Shown piece after piece: positions 37,330 to 51,649 of a stretch of 64,000 nucleotides of DNA. The stretch lies in assembly GCA_051294905.1 (NCBI GenBank), contig CM119371.1:21144001-21208000 (forward strand), in the 5' to 3' direction. Position 1 is the first letter of the stretch; the number at the start of each line of letters is the position of its first letter. Position numbers and translations under genes: made by a program. A model generated the notes under the pieces. That model saw only the letters and a list, made by a program, of their open reading frames with translations, made no database searches and was not told the DNA's origin. The stretch is from Botryllus schlosseri. Taxonomy: Eukaryota.

Positions 37330-37715
37330 CAATAATGGTACCCAACCTTTTTCTACTCATCGTCCTCCTTCAATCTCGAGAAAAATTCTCACCTCCTCTA
37401 TTTACGGTTCCCGAAAAGATAATATACAAACGTGAAGTTATGCACTCAACTCTGATCGCTAGTGAATTTACTAAAAACGGTCATTTTTCCGAGGTGCATG
37501 TGCTCGGAAAACAGGTTTCAGCATCTGCTATCCGTTGAGTTGACCTATTTTTGCATCATAATCAGAATGAGCCGCCTTCGCGTGATTTTTTAGGCCTTGT
37601 TTTTAATATATCCCACTGGACGTCCTAGCATTGTCGCCCCAATCGCCCTTGCGTCACCCTATTTCGTATTTCCCCCCCCCCCTGTTTTCAAAATCGCCCA
37701 CGTTGGGAACAACTG
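37330..37715. mobile_element. hAT-type MITE
   Basis: Degenerate TIRs (...GTTGGGAACAACTG); TSD ATATACAC. Confidence 0.75.
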
Positions 37716-38880
37716 ATATACACAGTAGCCTATATATGTCGAATATATAATTCCATGTCATTTTTCTCATGACGGGTAACGAGATATATTTTATTCCCAC
37801 TTTAGACTTGGCAAAATCTACAATGCGAAATAAATCTGGAAGAAATCAGGTAGACTATTAGAAGTGAAGGGGAAGTGCAAAAATTAGATCGCATTCGTCA
37901 AGATTTAAAAAATGATTGCCTGAACCATTCGTTCTCAAAATCGCGGTATGCCACCAACACACAAATATTGGTCGGTGCATAGTCCGAATTTCATATTTGA
38001 AAAGTGTCTGAACACCCCTAACACATTCCATGCCACCAAGCAATGCGTTGGGAGTGTGAACATTATGCAGAATGGTTGCGTATTTTTAATATCTCATTTT
38101 GATATGACAAGAAGGGGCGCGAATATTTTCACTATCATCAAGGGGATGCGTCGAAAAAAGTTTGAGAAACGCTATCCTGAAGGGTCCATTGATCACTGAA
38201 TAATAAATGTGGAATTTATGTTCGAGTTCTCTAAATTCCACTGCAACTATAGAGAGGTCTGCACTTTCACTTTTCTCTAAGCACATGAATGATACCTTCA
38301 TTTTCGGGCGCTTACTCTCCCACACTCATTACACGATCCGAAGCGGATCATAGTGAATTATTGCAAAACATATAGCCTTAAAATGCGACTAATTCTTGTT
38401 TCAACGCAATTGCTGGTTGTATTATTGTTGTAAGTAGACCGGGTTTATGTTGACAGAGATGCAATGTAGACGATACTCACTTATCAGTGTTTGAATAATA
38501 AATATAGCTCAATTATCCATTGAATGCTACAATGCTATACATGTCGATTGCGACTATTAAACCTACATAAATAACAATGCCGACCTCTCAAAAGTTTCAT
38601 TCATAGTTATTAGTTAATTCCATAGCAATCAGATAATGGTCCGTCATTGGTAGCTTTGTTCAGAATACAAATGAATATGATAATAATTTCTCTCTAGTAC
38701 AGTTCCTAATAATTATGTCATATGCATGTGGCAAACCCACTCTATTAAACATCGTCTTTTGTTGTATATTGACTACCCAATCATATTTTGAACTATAAAC
38801 ACTAGATCACAAATTCGTCGTCGCTTTAACTTGTCCTTACTGTAAGCGGTACGTTTCGAAATGACCTGTAGGCCTATTGT

Positions 38881-39327
38881 CATAGTGTCCTATATGGTGT
38901 CGACACAAGCAAATCTCACGGCTCAGTGAAATTGTATCACGTCACAATTTCCATTTGGCTACAGGCAATTTGACAGCCATTTTGACCGGCTTGCCGAGCA
39001 CTTAATTTGGTGAAACGGATATCAATCGAAAGCTGACTCTGCACTGATTACGAAAATATAAATTTCATTCCGCTCACGGCCCTGGAACCCCCACAATCAG
39101 CCTCGAATTTTTCATTGTTATGGAGATTGGCATTGAGACGCAATAATGCTGTCTGGCGAAACGAGAGAATAACGAGAGACTAACTCTCTCGTTTCGCCAA
39201 ACAGCATTGTTGCATCACAATGTCAGCCTCAATAACAATGAAAAATTCGAGGCTGATTGTGGGGGTTCCAGGGCCGCGAGTGGAATAAAATTTATATTTT
39301 CGTAATCAGTGCAGAGTCAGCTTTCGA
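38881..39327. mobile_element. Second copy of the palindromic P-like MITE, right arm truncated
   Basis: Begins CATAGTGTCCTATATGGTGTCGAC as at 31614; folds back at ~39175. Confidence 0.85.
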
Positions 39328-39366
39328 CTTGACTCTGCACCTTACAAATGTGGTTTGACTCGTGAC

Positions 39367-41163
39367 CAATGTTCCCTCTAAGCTGCGCACGTGCGCAAAT
39401 GCGCAGTGCTGAAACGGTCTCTGCGCACAGAAAATCTACGCTGCGCACAAGAAATTAGATATGATATTTTTTTTATAGTTGTTGCGCACTGTTGTCCAAT
39501 GGACCACTCAAGGCGCGCAGATTCGTGAAAATTAAGATGGAACATTGCCAGGGCCAAATAGTGTTATCACTGAAGTCTGAAACCGAGGTACAAGTGCGCC
39601 CCGCAAAGGTAACTATTGCGCTCCGTGAAGAAATGAGAATTCACAATCACGTGCGCCTCACCGAAGATATTTCTTTAGCATGGCTTCGTACGCGTAACCG
39701 ATACTGATATCATTTCAATAGCGCATCATTTTCTGGGAATGGCAAAATAACATGGTTTAACAAAGTTATAAATAACAATGGGCTAGCTCGAAGTTAATCT
39801 GCGAGAAATTAACGAATAGTCTTCTCCGCGTGGCATGAACATTGCGTAAGATTTACTCAGGACCGTAACTTTTGCACCCCAAACCACCCAATTGGAGGGG
39901 CCGAGCTCGAAGGGGGTCCAAAATTATTTCGAGAATTAACATAAATATTGGTGTATTTTTTTGGAATTTTTCATGAATTTTTTTTCGCGCTACACGCGTT
40001 TTATTATTGTCAGATATCTGATTATTCGGTACCCTTTCCCAACAAAAATTACGCATGATTTATAAAAACGGGCAGTTGGGCGTCGACCATTACCGCACCA
40101 TGACGCGCCAAGACATATGAAATTAAAGGCTATGTAACATGCGACTCCAAGAAGTGCGCCAGAACGATCAGCAGCGAGAAACCTTGGCCGAAAAAGACTG
40201 CCCCGGTGCTGACAAAAAACGTCGATATATACAAATATATGTGTATGTGTAATTGTCCATGTCCATAGGCCCCTAAATGGCTGGCGCCGTATGTTCCTGT
40301 CCTGGCGATCCGATTCCCACAACAAGACAAATGCCATATCGAGGGAACATTTTTTTCCAGTTAAGAAATAACAATTTGAAATCGTGTACGTCTTTTACTT
40401 TACTACGTTTTGGCGATTTCAATATCTTTTGACATAGCAGATAGGGGGTCACAAAATAGCATCATGTAACGAAGTCATTATATCAACGGCTACGCCCGAA
40501 GATGTTTTATTATTATTTAGAGGGCCTATTTATTCCAACACACCTCACTGGATCAGCTCTACCGGTAAATCTGATTATGTGAGCAGAGAGAGGATAAAAA
40601 TTGATAGCAATATATAGGCAATTCCCGATCATATTGGCCGATGCAATCATGAATTATAGATTTATTTCGCGCTTGGCGCGTTTAGGGACGCCACTACTAA
40701 ATGGCCCCCCAATATAGATGATAAGTACCGGAAAAAGACTAGAGCCCTAGGGGGGTCTGGGGGGCAAAGCCCCCCAGTAGTTGATTTGAACACCGTATTG
40801 GAGGGTGCTTGCGCACTGTTGTCCGAGGGCCTGCGCAGTGAGAGAGAGAGAGAGAGATATGATATTCTTTCTCGCCTGCACCATCGAGATGCTTTGGCGA
40901 CGGAGTTGCGATACGGCCCCATGAGGTCATCTAGTCTGCGCCCCCGTTTTTTTTCTCCTCCATGCTATCCGTGATTGCTGAGCGCCTAGCAGGATAGCTG
41001 CGGATACCATTTTTCGAGTCTTTGGTATGACCCGGCCGGGGATCGAACCTACGACCTACCGCTCGAGAAGCCGGACGCATAACCATTACACTATCTCGCT
41101 CGGTTAGTGAGTTAGTGAGTTGGCGTGTTTGCGCAGACTCTTGAAAAATTAGAGGGAACATTG
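39367..41163. mobile_element. hAT-type non-autonomous element with nested inserts
   Basis: 15-bp TIR CAATGTTCCCTCTAA...TTAGAGGGAACATTG; TSD CTCGTGAC; TGCGCA subterminal repeats. Confidence 0.9.
40841..41104 (-). mobile_element. tRNA-derived SINE (probable Meta-domain type)
   Basis: Minus strand: A-box TAGTGTAATGG, B-box GGTTCGATCC, then GGGTCATACCAAAGACTCGAAAAATGGTATCCGCAGCTATCCTGCTAGGCGCTCAGCA and a (TC)n tail. The Meta-domain assignment is from memory of the consensus. Confidence 0.8.
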
Positions 41164-42997
41164 CTCGTGACCCGAAGCAGCATTTACGGGTCAATTTCAA
41201 GTCATAGTAATCGGTGTCGAATGAATCACCCTATCTTATGTATGCCCAAATTGTTCGCGATCGTCGGTGATACTTGTCAGAGCAACGAGTCATTCACTGA
41301 TTGTACATTACACGGATCCTCCATCGTTACATCGCAAATCAATTGACCGCTAACGAAAAGATCGCAGCCTACGTTGTTGTAGTAGGAGTAAATTAATCTA
41401 ATAACAACGTTTCCGTGTTTCGTATGCGGCTCAGCTCTTACACGACGCTGTGCTCACCTTTAACAACACTCGCGCACAGATTCGATTGCCGCCGTAAAAA
41501 TGGCGCCTAGAAAAGATACCCGTCAAGGAAATAAAAAGACAAAGAAATAGCTTCAAAAAAGGATCGACGAAAAACAATAAAATCGGAGAAGGTTGGTAGT
41601 TCGGGCATCCCCCATCAGAGGTCGGGAACCTTTTTCGACCGAAGAGCCATATCGGACCAATATTTTGAGATGTAACTCCCAGAGAGCCATACATGACAGA
41701 CAAATGTTACGTCACAAGTGAATGTTCATGACGTATTGTTGGAACTAATATATGGGATTCGTAGTGTGCGCCATATGTTCTGCCCATATGCGTAGGGGGA
41801 CCCAAACATGGTCACTAAAGCAGTACATGCCCACTACGGGGAGTGATTCATCCGTGACATGGGGTTAGAGGTAGGCAAGTGAGTTAGAGCGTCATGTCGC
41901 CAGGGATGTGTGAAGGAAAATTGTGAAATATTCAATGTTTGTTAGTGTTTTCTATCGAGGTTTAAGAATCATTAAATTTTGAGCAATTTTATTCCCAAAA
42001 TCACCGAATTTTCGTAGTTATTGTTCGAAAATAAAGCTCGAAAGGAGAGGTACTGCACAGACGTACCAATCCCCATCCGTGATAGCGCGCGCGACTCATC
42101 GTAAATGGCTTATAATTTCGAATCCCTGATATTAATCATATTGTAATTGCAGCGCTGATGCCGAAAATGAAAATACTGAGCCACGTCTAAGCTATTCGGC
42201 GCAACAAAACGCTGCACTATACATTCCCGCATTTTTGTGGAGGTAGGTGCTAGAAATCTACCTGGATAGCTCGGGCGTTGTTTTTAATTTGAATTTGTAG
42301 TTTTAAATGGCACTTCCAAGGCATATTATATCTCGGCATTTTCCTACATTTTCCTATACAAGCATCGCCATCCCTGCTATTTTCTATGATCAATCAAGGC
42401 ATCGTGCAAACCAGATCGATTTCACGAATGGTGTTAGTCGCCAACGCGACAGCAACTGAAATTTTGGTATTTTCAAAAGGGGGGTAACGAGCCCATAACC
42501 CTGGATACCCCACTGTTTTGACATTCCAAAGACATGTTTAGGCTGCCACGAGAATAATTATTCTGGCAGTCATGAGAATTAACTAACAAGTTGCTCAAAT
42601 ACTGACAAATTTGTCAAAAAGCCATATGTTATACCAAAAAGAGCCATATATGGCTCGCGAGCCATAGGTTCCCGACCAGCGACCACTGCCCTATCTGTTC
42701 ATTACATCGCGTTGTGTGTATTCTATATCGCATTGTACATTGTGTGTCTGTCTTGGCACACGTTCACACCATCCCTAGTAATTAACCATTGAGTGATCAA
42801 TATCAATTCAGACTATAAAGTGGCCCAATATATTCAAAAGTAGCTTAAATGCAAGATTTCCAACTTGTTGAATGGATTAGGAGTTACATTGGTGCTTGTG
42901 TTGTTACGAGTACAAATCCAACGGCGCCTAGAAGTAAGGAAGCTTTAAAACTTGTCTGAAACCTGAGATGGTACCGTTAACATTGAAAGATCTAGCA

Positions 42998-43833
42998 CAG
43001 GAGTGGCCAACCTTTTCAGCTAAAGGGCCACACGAGATTTACGAACCACTGCGTGGGACACTTGACCGTTGATGACCTTTTGTAATCGTCCGATGAAGCG
43101 AACCGAATTAGGTAACGTTGAAAACAATACTGTATTACTATATGCATTAAATGTAATAACGTATATGTTCATGTCTTGGACGCGCCAAGCACGAATTTTT
43201 TTTCAAAGGTAGTGAATGAATTCGATCAATAATTACGTTTCTCACATATATTGCGGGTCACCTCAGTATAGCACTGTAATCATTGGACAGGGACAGGATT
43301 ATTGGGCGCTAAGAAACATCAATAACGAATATTTTGGCGAGCCTTTGTCCATCGCTTTCTACAATCATTTCATCCGTGACGATATTACTGCGAGCACTCA
43401 CATGAAGTTGCATGTTGGAAGACAAGTTCTCTAGTTGCGAATATTGTTGGACTCAATTCTGTAAATTATGCGGATTTTTAATGATCAGGAGGACTCCAAT
43501 ACTAAAAGCGAGGAATAGGACGGCAATAATTGCGCGAAATGCTAAGAAACATTTCAAGTCGAATAAATCTGCAACAAAATATTCTACTTTATGGTCAATT
43601 AGTCATATACGAACATCTACGAAAACTGTGGCTGGCCCATTGCTACGCCAATGCGTCGGAACTGATGTTTCAGTCGTCAACATCCGAAATTACGAGATCA
43701 GGCTAATCAAATTTGGGTAGGCCTTGCAATTTTATCTGGGTAATTATTTGTTTTGATGCTATAACTTTAATTTCGAGAATGACCTCGCGGGCCAGATAAA
43801 ACGTTCTCGCGGGGTAAAGGTTGGTCGCCGCTG
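42998..43833. mobile_element. hAT (Charlie-like) non-autonomous element
   Basis: CAGGAGTGGCCAACC...GGTTGGTCGCCGCTG; TSD ATCTAGCA. Confidence 0.85.
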
Positions 43834-44788
43834 ATCTAGCATGATGTTATTGTGGTAATTCGTTGAGATCATCTACTCTCCTATTTTGCTCACTGCATGT
43901 CTCATACACGTAACCGAAAATATCTCCGCATATCTGTACATACCCTTAATCCCTTGTGAGGAAATACGCAAGCTGCTATCTTCAAAGATCGGATGGAAGC
44001 ACTAACCGTGTGTATAATCATAATCAAATTTTACTGAAGAAAAAATATCATTTTTTTCGCACAATCACTATGTGAACTATAATGATGACCACATATCCCC
44101 ATAATAACTGAAAGGAAGGTCTTCACCCCCAAGTTACATTTGAAAAGTTATCATCATCCATCTAAAACAGTGTTTTCCAACGTGGGCGATATTGCCCTTT
44201 TGTGGGCGATTTTGAGAACAGCGGGTGAAAATACCAAATGGGGTGACTCGGGGATGATACGGGAAGAAAATATTGGAACGTCCAGTGAGATTTATTTATT
44301 CAGCACGGCCAAAAATGCGCGTGAAAACAGATTATTCTGCATGTGACACGAAAAAAAGGTTAACTCAACGGAAATCATGCGCGGAAACCGGTTATCTTAG
44401 CAGCTACTCGGTTAAATTACAATTTTTCGTCAATTCACCGTCCAAGATTTAGACCAATAAATGTCCGGTTTTTATACCCTCTTTACGGATCTCACAATAG
44501 GGGGGTGAAAATTTATGGCGATCTTGATAATTGGGCGACGAGTCGAAAAAAGTCCGGATTCTAAAACATCGACATTCTGTTATTCCAATATTTGTATTTG
44601 TGTGTTGTGTGGTTGAGACCAATATATTGTGAGTGTATTTCAAAGTTGCTTTAATTGAGCTCAAAAATATTCAGTGTGCTTGAATCGCATTTCATTGAAT
44701 GAAATGTCGTTCTGTTGGCCGTGTACGCGTTCGACGTACGACGTCAAATGCATTACCGTCGAGCCTAGCACGCCTATTCACTGTAAAT

Positions 44789-45483
44789 CAGGGTATATCA
44801 ACACGCAGCCCGATGACCACACGAGACCTGATATCTAATTTCAACTTTCAGAAGAACGCTAAGTAAAACATTTTCAAATCCTGAAATTATTTTGAGTTTC
44901 AAAATATCGTTGTTGTTGTTTCAAGCAATACTCATGTGCCTAATGTAACTAATCCCTAAAGGCGGAAACGGCTTCAGGGATGGCAGCAGCATTCTCAGCA
45001 AAATCCGCGGATATAAATGGGCAATGGGCATATTACCATGATGGGCATATACCATGATGTGCAATTGCCAAGACACTGTCAGAACTGAGACGCTTAGAAA
45101 GCGGCTTGAGGCATCAACACAGGGTTAAGCTTTTCGGTTGGGGTAGTTTTTCAGCTAGAACCGCCTCTCGCGAGCCCAAATATCTCTTGCTTGGTTGCCG
45201 AAAATTGTTGTTAGGTATCGTGCGCAGCTCGTAGTTCAAAATGAAACGAAATTGATGATCATGATTTTTTTTGTCGAATTGTATTTCATTATTAAAATAA
45301 AAAAATTCTGTTCCCAGCATCTATGTCAAAGAGAACAGCGTTTCACTGAGGGAACGATTTAAAAACGTGGTTGCGAAAAGTGTGGCTTATTGTTTTTGTG
45401 TCTCGATATCTTGATTGTGCAGCCCGCGGTCTCTACGAAATTGCAAACGTGACCTGCGACCCGCTTTGAGTTGACGAACCCTG
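44789..45483. mobile_element. Old hAT-type element predating the duplication
   Basis: CAGGGTATATCAAC...GTTGACGAACCCTG; TSD CTGTAAAT; homologous relic at ~53450-53986. Confidence 0.75.
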
Positions 45484-45825
45484 CTGTAAATGCATTTTCC
45501 TCAAACCTTTAGCACACGAATTCTTTGTGAACACAATGTGACCAGTCATGTAGAAGTTGTATTGATAAAAACATTTCCTCGAATTATGTGAAAGACACAC
45601 TTTCCAATAGCGATGATAATTTCTAGTACGAGATCCATCTCAACTGAATTTCAGTAAATTGTCGCCACCTTATTTTTGTCATTCCTCGACACAGGTGAAT
45701 GTTTTTCAACGAAATTCTTCGCACGTATATATATCGCACTCATACTCTTTCACTTCATCATGACTCTTGCTGTGTCTTGGATTCGGCATTGAATGCTGTC
45801 GCACGTACCTCACACATACGCATGA

Positions 45826-46887
45826 CTATTGTCGATATTTCATCTCCGTATGGACGGAATAGTGACTTATAAGGCTAGACTTTTTCGTAAAGCCCTTTCC
45901 GCATATTTCGCACTCATATTCATTTGATTTTAGGTGTACCGCCTTTATGTGTGATTTAATGTACGATCTCAAACGAAATGCTTTACCGCAAATTTCACAC
46001 CTGTGTTCCTTCTCTCCGTTGTGAACCGAATTGTGGGCTTTGAGTAGGTATTTATTACTGAAACCTTTTCCGCAGACATGACACACAAAATCTTTCGCGC
46101 CAGTGTGGGTCAAATGATGTTTTTTCAAATCGCCCTTTGCTACGAAATCTTTCCCGCAGACATGGCAATAGTAACCCTTCGTCCCGGCGTGATTCAAATA
46201 ATGACGTACAAGTTGAGCATTTTGTCGAAAACGTCTTCCGCATATATGACACTCATGATTTTTGGCTGGTGCATGAATCAACGAGTGTGCTTTCAAATTA
46301 CCCTTTAAAACGAAACCTCTCCCGCATATCGAACATACGTGATCTTTCAAACCGGCGTGAATCACATAATGGTAGTTTAATTGACCTTTTCGTCCGAAAG
46401 CTTTCCCGCATATGTCACACTCGTAATTCGTTGATCCGACATGCATAAAATAATGTGGTTTCAAATGACCCTTTTTTGTGAAACCTTTACCACATATATC
46501 GCACTTGAACTCTTTAAATCTGTCGTGACGTTTCATGTGGTTTTTCATGTCGTACATAGTGGTGAATGGTTTCGAACATACACCGCACTCGAACTCTTTC
46601 AATCCGAGGTGAATTTTCATGTGTCTTTTCAAATTTGATTGCCAGATAAATAGCTTCCCACATATATTACACTCGTGGTTTTTCTTTTCCTTGTGGTATG
46701 AATGATGAGATAATAGGGCACAACTCCTCACAAATCTTTTTCCGCATATGTCACACTCAAACTCCTTAACTCCGATGTGAATTTTCTTATGGACTCTCAT
46801 GTAATACTTGCTCTTGAAGCACTTTCCACAGACCTCGCAAACATTGCCATTGCAGCCTTGACGATGTTGAAAATGGGGTTCCATCAT
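45826..46887 (-). CDS. Tandem C2H2 zinc-finger protein 2 (12 fingers, 353 aa)
   Basis: Twelve intact C2H2 fingers in an uninterrupted ORF; in-frame TGA shortly upstream of the ATG. Confidence 0.92.
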   Translation of the reverse strand: MMEPHFQHRQGCNGNVCEVCGKCFKSKYYMRVHKKIHIGVKEFECDICGKRFVRSCALLSHHSYHKEKKNHECNICGKLFIWQSNLKRHMKIHLGLKEFECGVCSKPFTTMYDMKNHMKRHDRFKEFKCDICGKGFTKKGHLKPHYFMHVGSTNYECDICGKAFGRKGQLNYHYVIHAGLKDHVCSICGRGFVLKGNLKAHSLIHAPAKNHECHICGRRFRQNAQLVRHYLNHAGTKGYYCHVCGKDFVAKGDLKKHHLTHTGAKDFVCHVCGKGFSNKYLLKAHNSVHNGEKEHRCEICGKAFRLRSYIKSHIKAVHLKSNEYECEICGKGFTKKSSLISHYSVHTEMKYRQ

Positions 46888-48202
46888 TTTTACTTCGGTT
46901 GGAATACCTTGTTGCAGGAATGCTCATGCGATTCAATGTAGAACCTCTCCTTCGATGTACCCAACGAATATCGCGAGCAATACAGTTTGATGCTGTCTGT
47001 TGAAATCTAAAAATTATAACTGCATGGAATGCGGCACTTTGAATCTCAGAATATCACTGCTTTGCACAAAACATGGCCAGAACAGGTTACAATAGTCATG
47101 ACGTCATACAGAGTCTAACATCGCCTGGTCGGCATGCACATCATCTCGCGTTAAAGATGCGGATTTATTTAAATGCTATTTTCAACTTGGCGACATCACA
47201 AGTAAGTGAACTTCTAAAAGGTGCGAAATGAAAGTGGAAGTAATCTATCAACGTGACTATCCGAGGCACGTTTACACGAAGCATTGCTAGCGCTGCGTAA
47301 GAGTTGGCTTCATAGAGGGGCATTGCTGCGTACTGTATCAAAGACAGTCGCCAGGTTTTGATTACCAACGCCTAGCTAGTAATAAATTCACATATTTTGA
47401 TAGCATTCGTATCAGCATGTATTGAATGATGTTACATAAAACAGAACGATGTAATACTCCGCAATTTTGTGGTGTTTTGACCTGATTAAAATAATAATAA
47501 GCTGATACTGATACTGACGTAATAACCACAGTTATTAAATATTTACGAATTCGTCTGAGTATATTTGCTACACAATTGTAATTTGATAAGCTTTTTGGGC
47601 GCTGTGCTAGACTTCCACCTGCCATGACAAAACCGGACCAATTCAAGAATGTATAGGGCGATGTTCTATCGGGCTACTCCCGCAGCCATGATCAACAGTG
47701 CCGCAAACTCGAGTCTTCAGCATCTTGTGATTCAATACTTTGTTACTAAGGGATGTTAAATCCAATTTTGGTCGCGGGATGAAAAAGCGATCATAAATTT
47801 CAAACTCATTTGGGCCATGCACCGGAAAGGCGATTAGGTTTTTCGGATCAGCGCCACTCGTACTTACGTTCCAGTCCTCTTAAGGTTTAGCTATATTAAT
47901 ATTTATCTATCCAATATACGAGTTTGATGCTGTGACTGAAAATTCTGCAACGGACCAAAATGCAATGTCACCACAATGATATATGACAAGAATTGGCGGA
48001 TATGCCTATGCACGAGCCGCATATCTAAAGTCTTTGTTTTAACAGAGCCGCAACGCAAAAATTCAAAAATGAGAATTCATTCCGTCACAATGAAATGTAG
48101 GCTATCGAATACAGTTTATAACTGTGTCGTTACAATGTGCGTCTTCTCTTAGGCTGCAAGGTGTTTGAAGTCACGCTGGCATGAAATCAACGCAGTGAGG
48201 AG

Positions 48203-49192
48203 CAGTGTTGGGATCAAGTCACTACCTTCGAGTCACGAGTCATTTTGAGTCATTGCACATTTTGACTCGAGTCAAGTCAAGTCAATCGATTTTCAAAGGT
48301 GACTCGAGTCAAGTCAAGTCACTCGATTTTTGGAGGTGACTCGAGTCAAGTCGAGTCAAGTCAAGTCAAGTCACGAGTCAAGTCACATTTCAAGTCAAGT
48401 TGCCTTTTCGATGTAGGCCTATGTATGAGGCATGATTACGTCATTGCAATTTGCTAGCTGTCTGAAATACAGTTTGAGTGGTCATTGGTCATTGATTCCG
48501 AACCGGAACGAATATAGAGTTAAATATACACGCAAGAAGGCGCTCTATCGCTCACATATACGTAGAAATGTTAAACTACGTAATTGCATAGCCTCAGTTT
48601 AAAGTTACCAGCCAAAATAGAGAATAGGGAAACGAATTGATAAGATGCAATACGTTACCCATTTACAAATAGATATGATACCATTCGAGCCTGCGCCAAT
48701 GATTGAGGACTATATAAACTATATTCGACTTCAATTTCAATAAAACAATTGGTTTGACTAAGGTAAGATAAGAACAGAGAACAGAAATAGACATTTTGCT
48801 ATTCTATTACTTCACCACTAGAGTTACGACAACGTAAGCTTTAAGCTTCGATCACTTCGTTTGCAGTCAATCTATTTGTGAGAGAACAATCGAGGCTAGG
48901 TGAAATGCACGCTCATTGAATGATTGGTCGCTCTCACGGATTACACAAGCGTTTCGCGAACAATCCGAACATATCCGAAATACAATGATTTTTATCGATA
49001 CCGATTACTTGATGACTTGAAATTGACTCGTGAATTTTGCTCCGAGTCACGAGTCAATCCACATTTCTGATACGCCGAGTCAAGTCAAGTCAAGTCATTT
49101 TGGCAAACTGACTCGAGTCAAGTCAAGTCATGCGAAAAAGGTGACTCGAGTCTGACTCGAGTCAAGTCATGACTCGAGTCATCCCAACACTG
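48203..49192. mobile_element. hAT-type element with GACTCGAGTCAAGTC repeats
   Basis: TIR CAGTGTTGGGAT...ATCCCAACACTG; TSD GTGAGGAG; empty site in the paralogous unit at ~57910. Confidence 0.93.
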
Positions 49193-51649
49193 GTGAGGAG
49201 CAGTTCCTTCAAGTGCTTATGAGCAACTTAGGGAAGAATTAAGCTCCGTAATATTCTTGCTCTCTAAATCTGTCTCCGGTGGGTAACTCGTGGCAAAGTT
49301 TTAGTGTTACGATTAGTAGCTTTTTAAATAATGAAATGACCTTGACCGATATGGACAGAGGCATAAATCCACTATCACTGAATGAAAACTCTTCTCATAT
49401 TCTGCTTTAAATGTTCTATTTTCCTGTTCATACTAGCCTTTCCTTCAATCATCGATCAACGACATTATCTTGGCCAAATTCGACAGTTATTGCTAGCCTT
49501 TACAATACAAATGGGAGAGCTGTACTCACCACCAGCCAGGCCACTACCGTGATTACTTAATTATCAGGCACATTGTTAAACGCCGTGATTTATCATTGAT
49601 GGATGACTAATGACCATGTACCATTTTTACGGGTGAATCATTTATGTGCACTCGGTTCAAGAACTCTATTGCAAAGTTCGAACCATGTAGTGTAGCGCCA
49701 CCATCCAAGAAATTTTACAGTAGTGTTACGTAAACCAAAAGGAAAGAAACAACACAATACACATGTTGATAAAACGAGATGAAACGCGTAAATTTATAAT
49801 CAGGTTGCACCTCTCTAGGAAAATAGTGAAACTCATGTGCAATCAGTAAAGAGCTGCAATCAAAGACTCGAAGAACCGTATTATCGCCATATTTCTGAAC
49901 GTGCAAACGATAGCTGGTTACTAATCCTCACTGACACAGACAAAATTACATTATACTCGTAGGCACGGTGGAATCGCTAGACTAGTAAAATGTGACATAA
50001 TGAATTAACAGACCGTGAATTTCGTGCTTCAGCGCAAACTCGTGAGAATATGAATTAACAGCGCATAGCATCTGCCTAATTACTGACAAGTTTTCAAACT
50101 GCAAATGCGAATCGTCTGTGATACCGCATAGAAACTTATCATATCAAAATACGAACAAATAAATCCTCTCATGCCTCAATAATCATAGCAGTATAGTAAT
50201 ATAGTATATACTACCAGCTTAACGTCATAATTGCTTGTTGCGATGTTATCTAAAAAGGGATATATTGAATGTGATACAAAATATATCTTTAGGATTATCA
50301 GAAATTAAACCAAATTAACTTACAGTAAATCGTGGCTCGGTATAATATATGCAGCCTTATTTGGCATGTGGTGCTCACACACATTCTTTGCGTCATGGTG
50401 ACATGCTGCGTCTACAATTAAAATGCAACAATGGCGACTTGCAAATCTCAAATTATACATGGCAGAAAGATCAATGCATGATTTGACGAGGCCGCTAATT
50501 TTCCCCGCATACAACGAGAACGGCACATCCCTCTAATCACCCTATCAACTAAGTATTGTAAGAAGAGGCCAATCATTTTGATAACAGTAGTTATCGGATT
50601 TTATAGTGTGTTGAGACTGCGTAATCGTAGTCGGTAATACGTCAGTCTAGGTGCGATGTTTATGACTACAATAATCGAATCGAATCGACGAATTATTGTA
50701 ATCACGCTAGCAAATTACTTTTATTGTTGGTTGTAATATCATTTTTATCACAGCTCCAGTGCGAGCCTAGTCTAGTCATTTAGGACAAAAACGAGTTAAT
50801 TCAAATTCAAAGTTGAAGAATATTATTAGTAAAGTATTAGTAAAAGAATATTTATTGCTTGAGTTTATAATTTTTACATTATATAGCCTTCATTCATATT
50901 CTGATATCGTCTCCTTTACTTTTCTTTACTTTCTCATCATCAAGGACTTTGACAACACTTGCAAGTGAATACATTTTGATGCAAGCATCTGACAAGAGTC
51001 AAGCATAACCCGCTGATTCAGCCGATTCTTAGAGCTTTCAAAACTTCAACTATGTACTACAACCTGAGCCCAATAAGATAACACAAATTATAGTGTCACT
51101 GTTAAGCTTTATATTTGTATTCAATAATGATATATTCTTTCTGAAACTAGGAATCCGTCGCTACTTGCATAAGAGCCTATGCTTTCACTCGTTGAAAACA
51201 AGGCATATAGGCTACGACGGTTCCCTTCACAATGAAGCGATCATGCTTTAGACGTTTTTGTGAAGCAGCTGTTGTCTGTTCATCATGTATTTCGTACCTC
51301 AACATACCCTGAATTAATCCTAAATCATTATCTGTCAACCTACATACAATGCGCTTTCAGAATCGCCGCCGGTAGCAGACTCCTTGATCACCTACGCAGC
51401 AAGCTGCTGCTGTTGTGGTCATTGAAGCATAGCCGATTAGCCAATCAAGAGCCGTGGTTTCGTGATTGCCAGTCTTCTTGCCGTTCTATGGTAGGTGGCA
51501 CGCCCATTCTTCGGTAGCTACTTTCAAACGCTTTGCACGAAATCTTAACGGCCTTCCTGTGAGCTTCTTTCAGGCTTAGTGTCGTTTTTTATCAATAATC
51601 TATAGAATAAGACATTACAACGGAGGATTCGTAAGATTTTCCAAATTAT

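Noticed and set aside
41035..41104. tRNA gene (also 18746-18820)
   Set aside because: A/B boxes present but no complete cloverleaf; continues into SINE body and tail.
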